64,000 nt of DNA from Catajapyx aquilonaris. Its lineage: Eukaryota. This document shows, piece by piece, positions 36,601 to 48,339 of the stretch. The notes under the pieces are model-generated. The model was not told where the DNA came from and made no database searches. It was given only the letters and a program-made list of their open reading frames with translations. Within the stretch, counting starts at the first letter, position 1. Each line of letters begins with the position of its first letter. A program made the translations under genes and the position numbers. The stretch spans positions 1-64,000 of the forward strand of contig JYFJ02001209.1 of the NCBI GenBank assembly GCA_000934665.2, given 5' to 3'.

Positions 36601-39600
36601 CAAAATAATTCGAAAAGAAAACAACCCACAACTTCATCACCTATCCCAATATTGAACTTACTTGAAAAGTGCACCACCCTGTATAATTGATAAATATTCA
36701 GTGAACTCTTCGATGACAGGACGTTTTCTTCAGCACGACAGTGGGGCATGACTTGAGAAAAGGGAGGCTGTGCTTTTGCGAGAGGCTGTGAAATATTGGT
36801 TCTGGGTGTCAGCCAGTTCATATCCAGATATGAAAATTTGTCAGAAGACTTGTCAAGGACACCCAAAATGTAGTCCAACCGTTTTGTTGGAACCTGGTAG
36901 TGGCAAACTGTCGAGCCAAAACTTTCAGCCAACTTCGTGCAATTTGTCTCCTATTCATACAATTTCTACATATACTGAATACAGTACCGGAATTACTTCC
37001 TACATACAGCTTTAAATAGCCCTCCAAACCACCAATTAAATCCGCATGTTCGGATGACTGATCATCGACGAAATGAACTTTGACGTGGTATGTTCCCTCA
37101 TTATATACATTCCACCATCCAAAAATAATAATAATTTCGCCTGTCATCATCAATCACACCATGAAGAAATGACCATTCCGCCCAGAAGTGACTGTATTTG
37201 CCATCTCCACCTTCCAGGTCTCCCACCGCAACGACCCCATTTGTGCCGAGACATCCGAGGTGATTATACCCATTTTTTTTCTTCTTCTTTCTCCTCCTCC
37301 AAAACTTATACCCCCATAAGGAGGGTATTACAGAGAGCATCCCCTGCTGCGCCAGGAATCCCTCTGCATCATCTTCTGGATGAACTGACTCATCACTTTC
37401 GCCCAAAGGGCTTGCTTCTGAAGTCCCGCAGGCCAGCATCCTCCTCTTATTCTTGCTACTTTCTTCCTCTCCCCCTTCAACCATCTCTTCTTTTGCTGCC
37501 CTTCTTCCACATTGATCGTAGCAGCGACGTTGCCGTACGCCCACGCATCATTGCCACGCCGTGTCTTTGGATACGTTATTCACTCCGCTCCATTCACCCG
37601 ACCGAACTGATTGTTTTAGACGAAGTTCCACCGGTGATCATTGTCAGGAGAGGGTCTGGAACAATGCTAGGTCTGCTACAATGGGGGTATGTGGAAGCGC
37701 GTTGTTGCTCTGCTCAATAGTGTCAAAGGACATCAGATTAAAGCAAGATCTTTTGTCCACACCTGGCGTGCAATTATGTGAACTTGTACAATATGTCTCA
37801 ATAAGTTTTGGCCACTTTTTCCTGGTCTTGAAGCAACCCACGCGTGGGGCCTGTGCGAAGGGTTGCTCCAAGACCAGGATAAAGTGGCCAAAACTTATTG
37901 AGACATATTGCACATTTACATCAGACTCATTGTGCTACAGCCAAAATCCTATGATATATTTTTCTAATAAAGCAGACCCTATACAGCTGTACAAACATGT
38001 CAGCATCAACATCAGCCTGGAAGAGTAATCCTTTCCGACGTCGTCATAAAAAGCCTGGTCCATGGGGATGGATGCAGTGTAGGAATTCTGATGAAGTGTT
38101 ACGTGCACCGAATAGAGTCAGCTTTCCGTCACTATCACCTGTAAATGCGGCCCCAATAACCAGGGCGGGTCATTTTCAGGGCGCCGCATGCACACGCCCA
38201 TCGATTCATTGCAGATATTGCCAAATCACAGATCTATTCCCTGATGACATCAATACCAGGCAAAATTACAATGGTAACAAATGTGATGCCATTTAGTGTG
38301 ATTAACTTTTGCTTCAGTGAAGACAAGGCTGTTATTAGGAATCACCGTTGCCTATCTGTATAGTCTAAGTAATCCAGCAAGCCCGGGAGTCTAATATCAT
38401 TAGGAATTCCTCAAAACTTTCCTAATTTCCGCTCGCTTCATGTCCCCGGCGTGAAGTATGAGGAAATGATTGTCAGTAGTAGTAACGAGTTACATGCAGC
38501 TGCTTGGTTACTCCGTCGGTACTTTCCCGACTAACTTCGTTACATTTCCGGCGGACGAATCACATTCCGATAACTAATTGCAAAAAAAAACTACGCTGTT
38601 CCAACTAAAAGTTACTGACTTGGAAATTCAATTTTACTCTGCACTTCATAGTTGAAGTGTCGCATCACTGTGAAGTAGTTCGTATAAAGGTATTCAAATA
38701 AATCCAAAACCGCAGACGTACTGCAGATGGTACTATGCACTTTTAGATTATCGCCAATTATCTCATTAACAAACCGACCATAAAATGATCCCAGAAGTTA
38801 ACCCTATAAACGTGACTAATCATTATGAAGCACCTACCCCGCAAGACAAAAAAAAAATAAGCACCTCCTGCTTGGGAATTGAGGCAGCTATCCGTCTCCA
38901 GAGTAATATTACGTCCCTGGTGAACGCACAAAATACCATCAATCATTAATTTATAGCGTCATACTAAATTAAATTCCTAATCCCTCCTGCATATCATTAT
39001 TTTTCTCGTCAATCACCCTCCATGCAGAAAAAACCTGACAACCGACATTTAGAACAACAACCAAAAAAAAAAACCCCAAGGCTGAAGGAGGAAGACATGA
39101 ATACAATAGTCGGGCCATTTGGACCACGGAGAGCCCTTCTGTCCGATTGGCTGCGCCGAAGACCATCCTCTCTCTGATTGACCATGAGTCCCAGAGGCCT
39201 AATTTGGCCGGGGAACCACCGTCACCCCCACCCGCCATCTCCGGAACTCTCTCCCCCCTTTCCCACTCGCACTAATCCAACCTTTCGTCAACAAAGGCTC
39301 ACAATTCACCCCTTCGCCAATATTTATAACCTAGCTGGCAACTCCATTACCGTAATGGCGATTAATGTCGACCGAAGCAAGGAAGACAGCACCCAAATTC
39401 GGTCTCCCCTTTGCAAAAGAAAAATCAATCATCCTATTAATGCAATTTCGTCCCTATCAAATCCTTGGGGGGGAAGGGGGAATCGAACCCAGGAAGTGAT
39501 AGCCTGATCATGTAGTAAACAATGGATAAACGAAAAGGGTGGCATGTATCACGCTTACCACTTTATGGAAGCATGTTGGAAAACAGGCGCATTTAAAGTT

Positions 39601-40012
39601 AATATTCACACCTCCATTGAAAATCTGAACTGATTATTTTATTAACTTGCCAACTGGGGCAAGTGAGTAATATTACCACGTATTAATTTTAATGCATAAA
39701 TATATGCATTGAGTGCATATTGAAAAATGTACTCAATGCATATATTTATGCATTAAAATGAATACAGGCTTAGTGAATCAAATAATGTACTCCAGGTCTT
39801 CAATGAAGTCTTGTTTATTTCATAATGGTGACAGAAGAAATCTTTGCTCATTCACCTCAAGATTTCCATTTTAATTCACACTGTCTGGTCATTATAACAC
39901 AATTTCATATACTGACCTCGGGGAACTCGTCGGGCACTTTTCCCATCCATGAGAGGGAGAGGATCGCACAGTCACACTTGCCATTGGTGTTCCTCTCGAA
40001 GTGCAAGTGCAT
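21658..40012 (-). CDS. TULP4: Tubby-related protein 4 (TULP4/Tusp): WD40 + SOCS box + Tubby C-terminal domain, ~1190 aa
   Basis: Coding exons 39917-40012, 32215-32379, 27501-27683, 27115-27222, 26813-26990, 26492-26745, 25809-26033, 25502-25730, 25152-25408, 24972-25064, 23796-23934, 23553-23733, 22452-23438, 22145-22301, 21860-22063, 21658-21774 (3573 nt, phase-consistent). Motifs [35 protein letters not shown] box [10 protein letters not shown]...[11 protein letters not shown], and Tubby tail [31 protein letters not shown]...[14 protein letters not shown]. Confidence 0.96.
27267..27449. mobile_element. Young PIF/Harbinger-like palindromic MITE in a short TULP4 intron
   Basis: 83-bp arms 27267-27349 / 27367-27449 with one mismatch; ends AGGCTCATTCACAC / GTGTGAATGGGCCT; flanks TAA / CAA. 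Confidence 0.9.
32650..33050 (-). pseudogene. Possible decayed BTB/POZ(-BACK) coding fragment within a TULP4 intron
   Basis: One frame reads [45 protein letters not shown]...[24 protein letters not shown], resembling BTB 'F.G.LRE..V.L...AF..LL.FLY.G' and BACK-start 'L..NL.P.NC' patterns; contains stops. Similarity judged by eye only. Confidence 0.3.
33863..33994. mobile_element. Palindromic MITE, family A copy 1 (TA-flanked, Tc1/mariner-like)
   Basis: Perfect 43-bp inverted repeat 33868-33910 / 33947-33989; loop contains GTGGGGCCTGTGCGAA, shared with the copy at 37789. Confidence 0.85.
36780..37110 (-). pseudogene. Possible ABCA-transporter regulatory-domain-like fragment within the first coding intron of TULP4
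   Basis: [12 protein letters not shown]...LEGYLKLY joined across a 53-nt GT-AG gap (36951-37003) to [39 protein letters not shown], reminiscent of ABCA 'G.GY.L.V...ESF...L.Y.IP...L..IF..LE..K..F'. By eye only; no Walker motifs seen nearby. Confidence 0.25.
37789..37910. mobile_element. Palindromic MITE, family A copy 2
   Basis: CAATATGTCTCAATAAGTTTTGGCCACTTT.TCCTGGTCTTG.AGCAACC inverted arms (~50 bp, 2 mismatches); TA on the left flank; core nearly identical to 33863-33994. Confidence 0.85.
39680..39765. repeat. AT-rich palindrome (MITE-like)
   Basis: 39-bp arms 39680-39718 / 39727-39765 with 2 mismatches and an 8-nt loop. Confidence 0.8.
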
Positions 40013-42600
40013 AGCCAGCAGCAGCCACTCGCACTACTCCAGTCCCATCACAACCTGTACAAGAAAATAGAATCAGGCCATCAGAAACCATCCTAAATTA
40101 GTCACCGTAGCATATGGCCCCCATCCTCACATCCCATGCATATCTACACAGCACTCGCCTCTTTAATATTCAACATGCCCTCTTCATTTTGTGACCTGGC
40201 CAACCCTAATTTGCAGTAAACCAAGCATCCCAATATACTGCACGTTCCGGTTGCATGAAGACATACTCATTATCGAGTAATGCATGTTTACACTGGTTGC
40301 ATTCCGAAGCTTTGATTTCTCACAAAAAAAAAGGCCAATGAGGTTTGTCAGGCAATGCACCAAACTACAATGGAAAACAGGGTCGTTCAACTGCACAAAA
40401 GAACTTTCGTGACAGGGTGACCAGGGTCGATAAAATGACTGCCAGTGGGAAAGAAGGGGGTTCGCTCGATTTTTCAGCAAGTGCGGCCCATGCTATATAG
40501 TTTTCTGGCCGGAAAAAAATTGAAATGCCGGTGCAGAGACAAAAGGCGCAGGCCCGCAGGGATTATATCAATGCTTACGTGTCTCGAAAATCTGATGAGC
40601 AAAAATATCGTTGCATGTGCGGAATCTCAAAAACCAAGCCTTCACTTACTATAGACTACCAGTTTATAGATATACCCAGCTGGTCTATATTGTGCGCTTC
40701 CAATAACGAAAAACATGCAGAAAACATTGACGTGAAGACGCTTAAATAATCCAGTTGAATAAGACGCATGACCATGACCTGCTCTTGTCATTGAACAGCA
40801 TAACAATTAAGCCCGATTCAAAGTAAATAACAGCGCGTTATGAACCTGACTATTCTCTACAATTATTTGATCGCTAAATGTTGGCGGTAATTTCTATGTT
40901 CCACCTATAAACCAACCGTTATTTGTACAGCTCAGCAATAGAGATTAATTGCTGGGCTTCACTGCAAACAACAGGCCACTAATGGTTACTGCTAAAAGCT
41001 CGATGATTGCAATGATTTGTAAACATCAGCTAATCAGCCAGAGGCATTAAGGCACTGGTGCCAGGGTTTTGTTCAAAGATGGCCAACCAGCTTTACACAA
41101 GAATGAGAATTTATAATGGCCCACGCATAATAAAGCCCAGCATCTAAGTGATGAACATGCATTATATTTAGTGGCTGCTCAGCTGGAAACCAGCATGAAA
41201 CAGCGACTCAAACATTAGTGCAGTCAAAATAATGAGTTCTCTTTACAACAGTAACCAGCCATTTTTCAACCAACAATCAAAAGTCGGCAGTATATCACAA
41301 TCCTTTGATACACTGTTGTTCAATTCGTTCCAGGAGGTTGATTGGCTATAGGAACTGGGCAGGTCGGCATGCCTATTACTTTGATACTGCTGTAAGGAGC
41401 AATAATGCCATGGCTTCGTAGCCAATTTCATATATCTTTCTCGTATCTGCGCACACAACCATGCCTGCACCAAACATGAAGAACGCCTTACGAAAAAGCA
41501 TCTACCCTGTCAGTCAACCTGCCATAAACACCAGCCGCCCATACCCTTTTTTTAAAAAATCATTACACAGGTCACGAACAAAAATATACACCAGTTTGCA
41601 TATGCCCAAATTAATTTTCGGAGAGTATGCAGCATTCCATATGGTCCTACGACGCGCATTTTCGCCCATCCTCACATTCTCATAATCCTGACACTCCCGC
41701 TAAAACCCTCATTTGCTCCCAGCCCAAAACAATACCCCGCATCGGAATTGCCTCCAGGTTACACGTCCTTCAGCATAAAAATCGCTCCTCACATGCTTTT
41801 TTCCCCCACCCCCACCCCCCTAACCCCCTGCTATGTAATCAATAATCCTCGCATTTTGGCGCACACATCTCCAACCCTCTACGTATATCTGAACACACCT
41901 GAAGGAGCAGCGTGGCCTGCCCCTAGCCTCTGGAGCCATCGCACTTAGCACAACCACCGCACCGGTCGCACTACCAAGCCCATATCACCAGCAACGTGTA
42001 GAAACTGCGACAGAAGATAGTATACAACAGCAGGGGCGATATCACGATCGATAAATTAACCGGGGCCTGGGAGTCTGAACCCAAACCCCCCCTGTGGCCA
42101 AGCTTATTCCTACTGCTCTTCCAGCCGCCGCCCCATGGTACACCCCCCTCCATACAGTCACATACCTGCGCACGCGCCCCCCCAAATTTCCTATACACCC
42201 ATTACCTCCCCCAGGGTTTGACCACCTAACTGCCACTGTGCATGGAGGAGCCATCTCCATCAATGCGGGACCACCGCCTTAAAAATTTTCTCGAAGAAAA
42301 TTTTTCTCGAGAATATTTCCCCCTGCCGTGTATGCAACCAGTTACGCAAGAGCGCCTGAAGGGTTATCTACCCGCCAGGATATCAGCAAAAAATGCAAAT
42401 GTAATTAAAAAGCAATGTACATCCCCCATAATTATCTGCATTAGATTTTCGCGCCCGAATGTGTGATAAACTCAATTAATACAATTATCCTACATTATCT
42501 CGTGCAAATTTCGTTAGTACGTATATAGACATTCAAAGCATATTCAAAGCTAATGAGCATATTGTGCGTGGTGGTGGTGAGGGGGGGGGGAGGGGGAGGG

Positions 42601-42780
42601 GGTGTCACCCATGGTTCGTTTGCTCATCTTTGCAACCATGAAGGTCGGGGGTTCGATCCTGGTGTCGGCCTTCGGTTAGAAGTTGAAGCACGATCATCCT
42701 GCTGTGTCCCAAGAGGAAACCGAGCACGAGATAGGATATACTGTGCACTGGAGTTGTTCAGAGGGTACCAGGAGACTTGA
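42601..42780 (+). mobile_element. Possible tRNA-derived SINE remnant
   Basis: B-box GGTTCGATCC at ~42649-42659 preceded by a tRNA-like segment (TTGCAACCATGAAGGTCGGGG); A-box degenerate; 3' boundary is a guess. Confidence 0.35.
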
Positions 42781-43497
42781 AATTATGAGACGTGAGTCGT
42801 CTGCTTGAATACTTGTTTCCTAATGTTAATGTGTGTACTGATTTAACTTCTGCGTTTGACCATGGTCCATGAACCTTGAGTTGAAATATTTGGGTATAGA
42901 TTCAGCCATTGATATGATAGCCAACAATCAACAATTAATAATGAAAAAAAGGCTATCAAACTAAGAACATGTGACACTTAAATAAAGCATGTTTACACTG
43001 GCAATTTTTAATAAATCACCAACAACATAGTGTCCCAACTACGGTGTTTGGCATTTTCGGAGTATATAAGCGTGTTTTATGCAAATCGGACTTTGTACGC
43101 ACAAATTTTGCAACAGTTACAACAGCGGGAAATGTTTGCGCTATTCGGAACAGAATTTTTTTTCCGCCACTTTTTGCATTTCGTTCCAGACTTCGGTAAG
43201 CCGAAAAGAGACAACCAAAACATGAAATATCCCGAAAAACGCCAGAGTCGATCACATGGGAGACCGAAATGGTTCTACAGCACATGCTTTTTGTTTCCGA
43301 AAATATCCTTAATCCTCCAAAATATGAATAATGATTTTGTTTTACTTTAGAAAAGTGTGCCCGAAGTCTGTACAATATTTTGTTTCATAGTATAGAGCTG
43401 CCGTTTTTCGCCACACTTTTGGCAGCGGCATCAGAGGGTGCGAATAATGCAGCTGTTACATTCAACTAGTACAGGAACACACAGTAGCCGAGTACTG

Positions 43498-43771
43498 TAC
43501 AGTGAGACTTTGGTAATCCGCAGTTATTGGTTCCTATATAGCCGCCTCGCCCCCGCGGACGTAAAACCCGCGGATAATAATGCGAACCCTATACAATAGG
43601 TTAAATCACAAATTATACACGTTTGTACATAACCAAAAACAATAACAATAAATAATTACAATACATTATTGTGCAGTAATAAAAACGCGTGTTGTACAGT
43701 ATTTAATTTGATATTCATGCAATATTTATTTAATCTTTTCACACCGTGGATAACCCAGGGGCTTGACCATA
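43498..43771. mobile_element. Degenerate pogo/Tigger-like MITE
   Basis: Left end TA-CAGTGAGACTTTGGTAATCCGC resembles pogo/Tigger TIRs; a degenerate complement CCGTGGATAACCCAGGGGCTTGACCATA lies at 43744-43771. Confidence 0.35.
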
Positions 43772-45170
43772 GTTTCAGCTTACTGGACAACAGCTAAATG
43801 TGCCACATTTCCACTGGCAGTGTTTTTGTTGTACTACCCTCACATCATCTGACATAATGATGCATGCATATTACCATGTGTGTCAATATAATATTTCTGC
43901 ATCATGATTGTAATAGGGTTAGTTCCAGTGAATTCTGATATAATTACTTCTCTTTTTTGTGTATAAAACTGATTCCTTCTTCCGCAGTAGTCCCCAACTC
44001 TGGGCTGGCAGGGTTAGAATGTGCAGGTACAAGTCCTTGAGTATGGCCAAAAAGGGTTATATTATTAATGAAGAAAATCTTCAATTATGAATAGGTAGTC
44101 ACAATATGAAATGAGTGGTTTGGTCCTTACTTTCAGTTTCTAAGACTCTAAGTGATTGAAATATGAACTTGACCCAGATTAGCTGACTTACACAGAGACT
44201 TAAACGGAGAACACTAAATTACCATGGAAAGCCAGGCAATGAACCATGCTGCAGAAACACTTACTTTCTGCACTTCCCACAAGCAGCGAATGAAAAATGT
44301 AATCATAGAACCTAGATAACTACAGCTTATTGATGCCAGTTGTCTGTAAAAATAATACTATCAGTATGAGCTATGGGTCAGCTATCAAAGAGCATATTAT
44401 GTGCACATAAGCAACATGTGCTATAAATCCATGATACAACCAATGTGTAGCAAGCGCTCATGTCTACCATAAATGAACTCTGACAGAGTTATTGCGCCAT
44501 AAGAGACTGATTGTAATACATCACCAGTTGACATTTCTTTCATTTGTTCATGCAGGAGCAGGGGAAGATTGCCTATTTAGAGCAGCATCCATTGTAACTT
44601 ACACCTTCACTATCCAAATTTCTAACACTATCAACAAAAATGTAATGTTAGGTGGGTTTTCTGCTACCGAGGTATGCCGGAATTTTCTTCTTGGTAATTT
44701 AGATCATAATTAAATTTTAAATTATTCTTCCATGTTTCGAGGTTTAATAACAGTCAGAAAACGATTATGTCTACTGTCTCAATAGTCAATTCTAAATTAC
44801 ACACAGTAAATTACTCACACCTCAAAAAGAAATCCCAGTTTATTTCTGTACATTCATAAATTTCAATTACAGATCATCTGTACTTCAAAAAAGGCTGTCA
44901 GAGACAAAAATAAAACCATTCTTTTCTCTCTTTCTTTTTTCTTTGTTTCTGTCTCCATCTATTCCACCTTTGTATCTTCATATAACCTGATAGCCATTAT
45001 TGTTGCTTTGGCTCCTTCATAATCAATCAATCAAGGTAGCCTTCTCTTACTAATTCAAGCAGCAGTATTTCACAATCAAATTCGTGCCATATCACACAGA
45101 GCAGCAAGCAACCACATACAACATAGCTGAACATAGCAATAAATAAAATAATTATTGAAGCAACACTCAC

Positions 45171-45597
45171 CGTGACAGGATCCATCCCGGCGCATCCCTC
45201 CCTCATTGTCCGTCCCTGCACCTGGTTCCTGGACGCCCCCGGGTCCCAACCACCGTGTCTCCAGGCCCAACCCGCGAAGAGGAGTCACCGCCCCGAGACC
45301 CTCCTTTAAACCCTTTTAGAGCGAAATCCGCCCCAAATTCCAACCAACATTCCGAACAACCAACGCCATCTTGAAATTTTCAATTACGATACAGGCGCCT
45401 CCGAAAATTTGAATCGTAAATTACTGAAGTGAGCGGAATTTAATAAACTATAATTTCATAATTATTTCATTTCACACAATTTAAAAGTCCACCGCAATAT
45501 TTTGTGGTTGACTTACAAGTGTGCTTAGTAGGCTGCTTCACATTCGGACGCGCTTTGTTAGTTTGTTGACATGTGCTTTGAAATCTAGTTGAAATAA
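45171..45597. promoter_or_regulatory. Bidirectional promoter TULP4 (-) / RPP38-like (+), including the probable TULP4 non-coding exon 1
   Basis: GC-rich segment with minus-strand donor ACG|GTGAGT at 45171/45170, YY1-type AAGATGGCG on the minus strand (45364-45372), and the RPP38 ATG at 45598. Confidence 0.6.
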
Positions 45598-46832
45598 ATG
45601 GCAGCAGGCAATGTCAAAAGCAAAAATAAGTGCAAGAAGAAGAAGAAGGTCCGCAGGAAGATTGAGAAGAACATTTTGGACAGTCCATATGTGACCACAT
45701 GGTAATGTTACACTTTGTTTTGTATGAGCTGCTGATTGCATGTTGGTTTCACAGGCCTGCTGTCGGTGAGGAAGAGGAAGTGAGGCTGATGCAGCTTCTT
45801 GGAAAGTATGGTATGGTCATAGAGGTTCAGGGCACACACTCACAGATATGTGTTGGCAGGTTGCTGGCACAAGTGAGGCTGCCTGAGATGAAGATTGAGT
45901 GGGAAAGCATCAGAGGCGTGGCGAAGAAGGAAAGGAGGAGGTTCCGTCAACAGAAGCGTGAACAGGTGCGGAAGAAAGAAGGACTGGAAAGGAGCCCTGA
46001 ATTCAGGTCGGTGCAAGTATGTTTTGGTCAGGAAAACAGCCATATATGCCATGTACTTTCCACCACAGATATTAAAGGTACCTTTAATATCTATCCTGTC
46101 CACCACAGGTGCCTAATGGAGACAACGTTATTTCTCATTGCACATACAAGCAGTTACCTGATAAAAGTGCACAGTTAATAACACTTTCATCTTGTCTGTT
46201 TTCTTTACTTTAGCACATATTGTTATCTGATTATATGATTATTCGTCAGGTCAGACTAAGCCGTAGCGTTGTTTTATGTGGCATCATTTTGTAGGCAACA
46301 CCTAGTTCTAGGTGTGAACCATCTGGCTAGAAGCATAGAAAAAGGAGAGGTCGTGTCAGCGGTGATTGCAAGAGATGTAGATCCGCAGATGCTGACCAGG
46401 TTTTTAGTCGCGCTTGCAGCCACTCGCTGCATGCCCCTTATTGCAGTTACGAAGATGGAGGAAGTGACCAAAGAATCCATGGGATATGTGTGCAATGCCA
46501 TTGGTTTTAAGGTTTGTGTCAGTGTGTTGTATGTGCGAATGTAGGTTTCTGACTGTTGCACATTTTTCTAGAGAGGTGTCGAGTCGGAGGGCAACCCTTT
46601 CCACTCTCTCCACATTAAGATAAAAGAACTAACAGCTAGTCTGCCAAAGAAGGATTGGATGGGTCAAGATGCGCCTTTACAGCAGGAGTCGTACTCACCA
46701 TTGCAGGGTGAGAGTAGTAATGAAAACATGCAGGAAGAGGCTGCTCCTGGACCAGACAGTATTTACTTGTATCGTTCATCTGACAAATATCGCGTGTTTG
46801 TGCCAAAGCATGACTTAGACCAGGAATTCTAA
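45598..46832 (+). CDS. RPP38: Ribonuclease P/MRP subunit p38-like (L7Ae-family) protein, ~259 aa
   Basis: Exons 45598-45701, 45755-45805, 45860-46006, 46295-46511, 46572-46832 (780 nt). N-terminal 'KNILDSPYVTTWP' and L7Ae core LVLGVNHLARSIEKGEVVSAVIARDVDPQMLTRFL...AIGFK. Confidence 0.8.
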
Positions 46833-48339
46833 TGACTGTATCCATCCTCATTCTCAGTCATGCATTTTTTTACCCCCCATTACATTTAGTTTTTCTTTCT
46901 TACCAGAAAAGTGACTTTCCTGGAATATTTTTAACTTGCATTACTGACAAAAGATTTTACTCATCCTTTTGAAACATATTTTTAACTGGTTTACAATGCC
47001 TAGAAAAATATGATGTTGCAATTTCTCATCTTTTGGTTCATCACATTCATGAAAATGTATATTCATGCTTCGAATACACTTAACTGTAAATGTATACTTA
47101 TACACTATTAATAAAACTTGTAAACTTCAAGAGTCATCTTAATGTGTAAATCCCATCTACCATTTCTATGGAATACAATAACCTCATGTCATGCAAATAA
47201 TTGTTACATTATGTAGTAAGGCATAGCACATAATTATGTAGTATGTAATGTTGTATTATTGTAGCATATAATGATGTAATTATGAATTATACTATCGACT
47301 CACTTGGACATAACAGACTTGATGGCTTGGTGATTTTGGGTACAAATGCTATGGTTCAGAGGTTATAACATTTTTATCCTCTTACTTTGGTAAGATATTT
47401 TTTCAAACCTCATTATTTTTGACCAATCCTTGTGTTTTTGTGTATGCTTTTACTTACCTATACATTTTCAAATGTATATTTTTGAAACGGTATTTGATAC
47501 GCATATGCTATTCATTATTCGTATACGTGTCCAAAAAATGTGGTTATGAATCGAGTGATTTCAGGATCTGTCCACAACATGCAGTGACCTTTTCAAGGCT
47601 CATAAAAACTGGGTGATGGGCATTGCAGATATAGTGAAGGTCATTTGGAGTCGGATACCCATTGGTATTGGCGGGTGTACAAAGAACTACCTTTGCGTGC
47701 CAAAAGGAATTGCATGAGTGCACTGTACAATCACTTCAATAGCTGCACAAAAGATTGCATATATTAGTCATATCCTACAGGCACAAACTGCCCTAGATCC
47801 TAAACTTAGCCTGACAGGTAGGGGAGAGGTGGGGAAGGGGATGTTCTTCATATACAGTACATTGTTGGTTGGGACTAACACTTGCTATTTAAATGCCAAA
47901 GAAAGATTCATGCAACCCTTGGTTTGAAGCCATCTGTGCTGAAATTAGGAGATCAAAGTCAGCAAAAAATACTGGCATCAAATGTTGGCAGCCTCGTACT
48001 TGCAGTTTTTGTATGCGGAAACTTGCAAAAAAAAATCTAACAATGGAAAAGATTAGAAACAACAGGGCATATTAAAATTGAAACAATAACAAAAATTAAT
48101 ATGCTTGTGTGAAATCTTAATTTATTGCAAATTCAGTCACTCATTCTAGTCTTCATTACAATGTAACATTAAAACTATGCAAACCTGAATAGTCTAAAAA
48201 GTTTGTGCTTACACTCTTTAATTTGCACTGGAAGAATTGAACTGGTCAGTCAAGTGAGATTAAAGCCCCTGTTCATTTTTAAAAATAAAAAGAAGACACA
48301 CAAACATCATGAAGTGGTCCTAGCAGCAGCTTCAGCGGC

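Noticed and set aside
38475..38625. Clustered AGTAAC/GTTAC motifs (also ~30360-30450) suggestive of hAT subterminal repeats
   Set aside because: No terminal inverted repeats or 8-bp target duplication could be identified.
39478..39495. Isolated B-box-like GGTTCGATTCC on the minus strand
   Set aside because: No matching A-box or cloverleaf.
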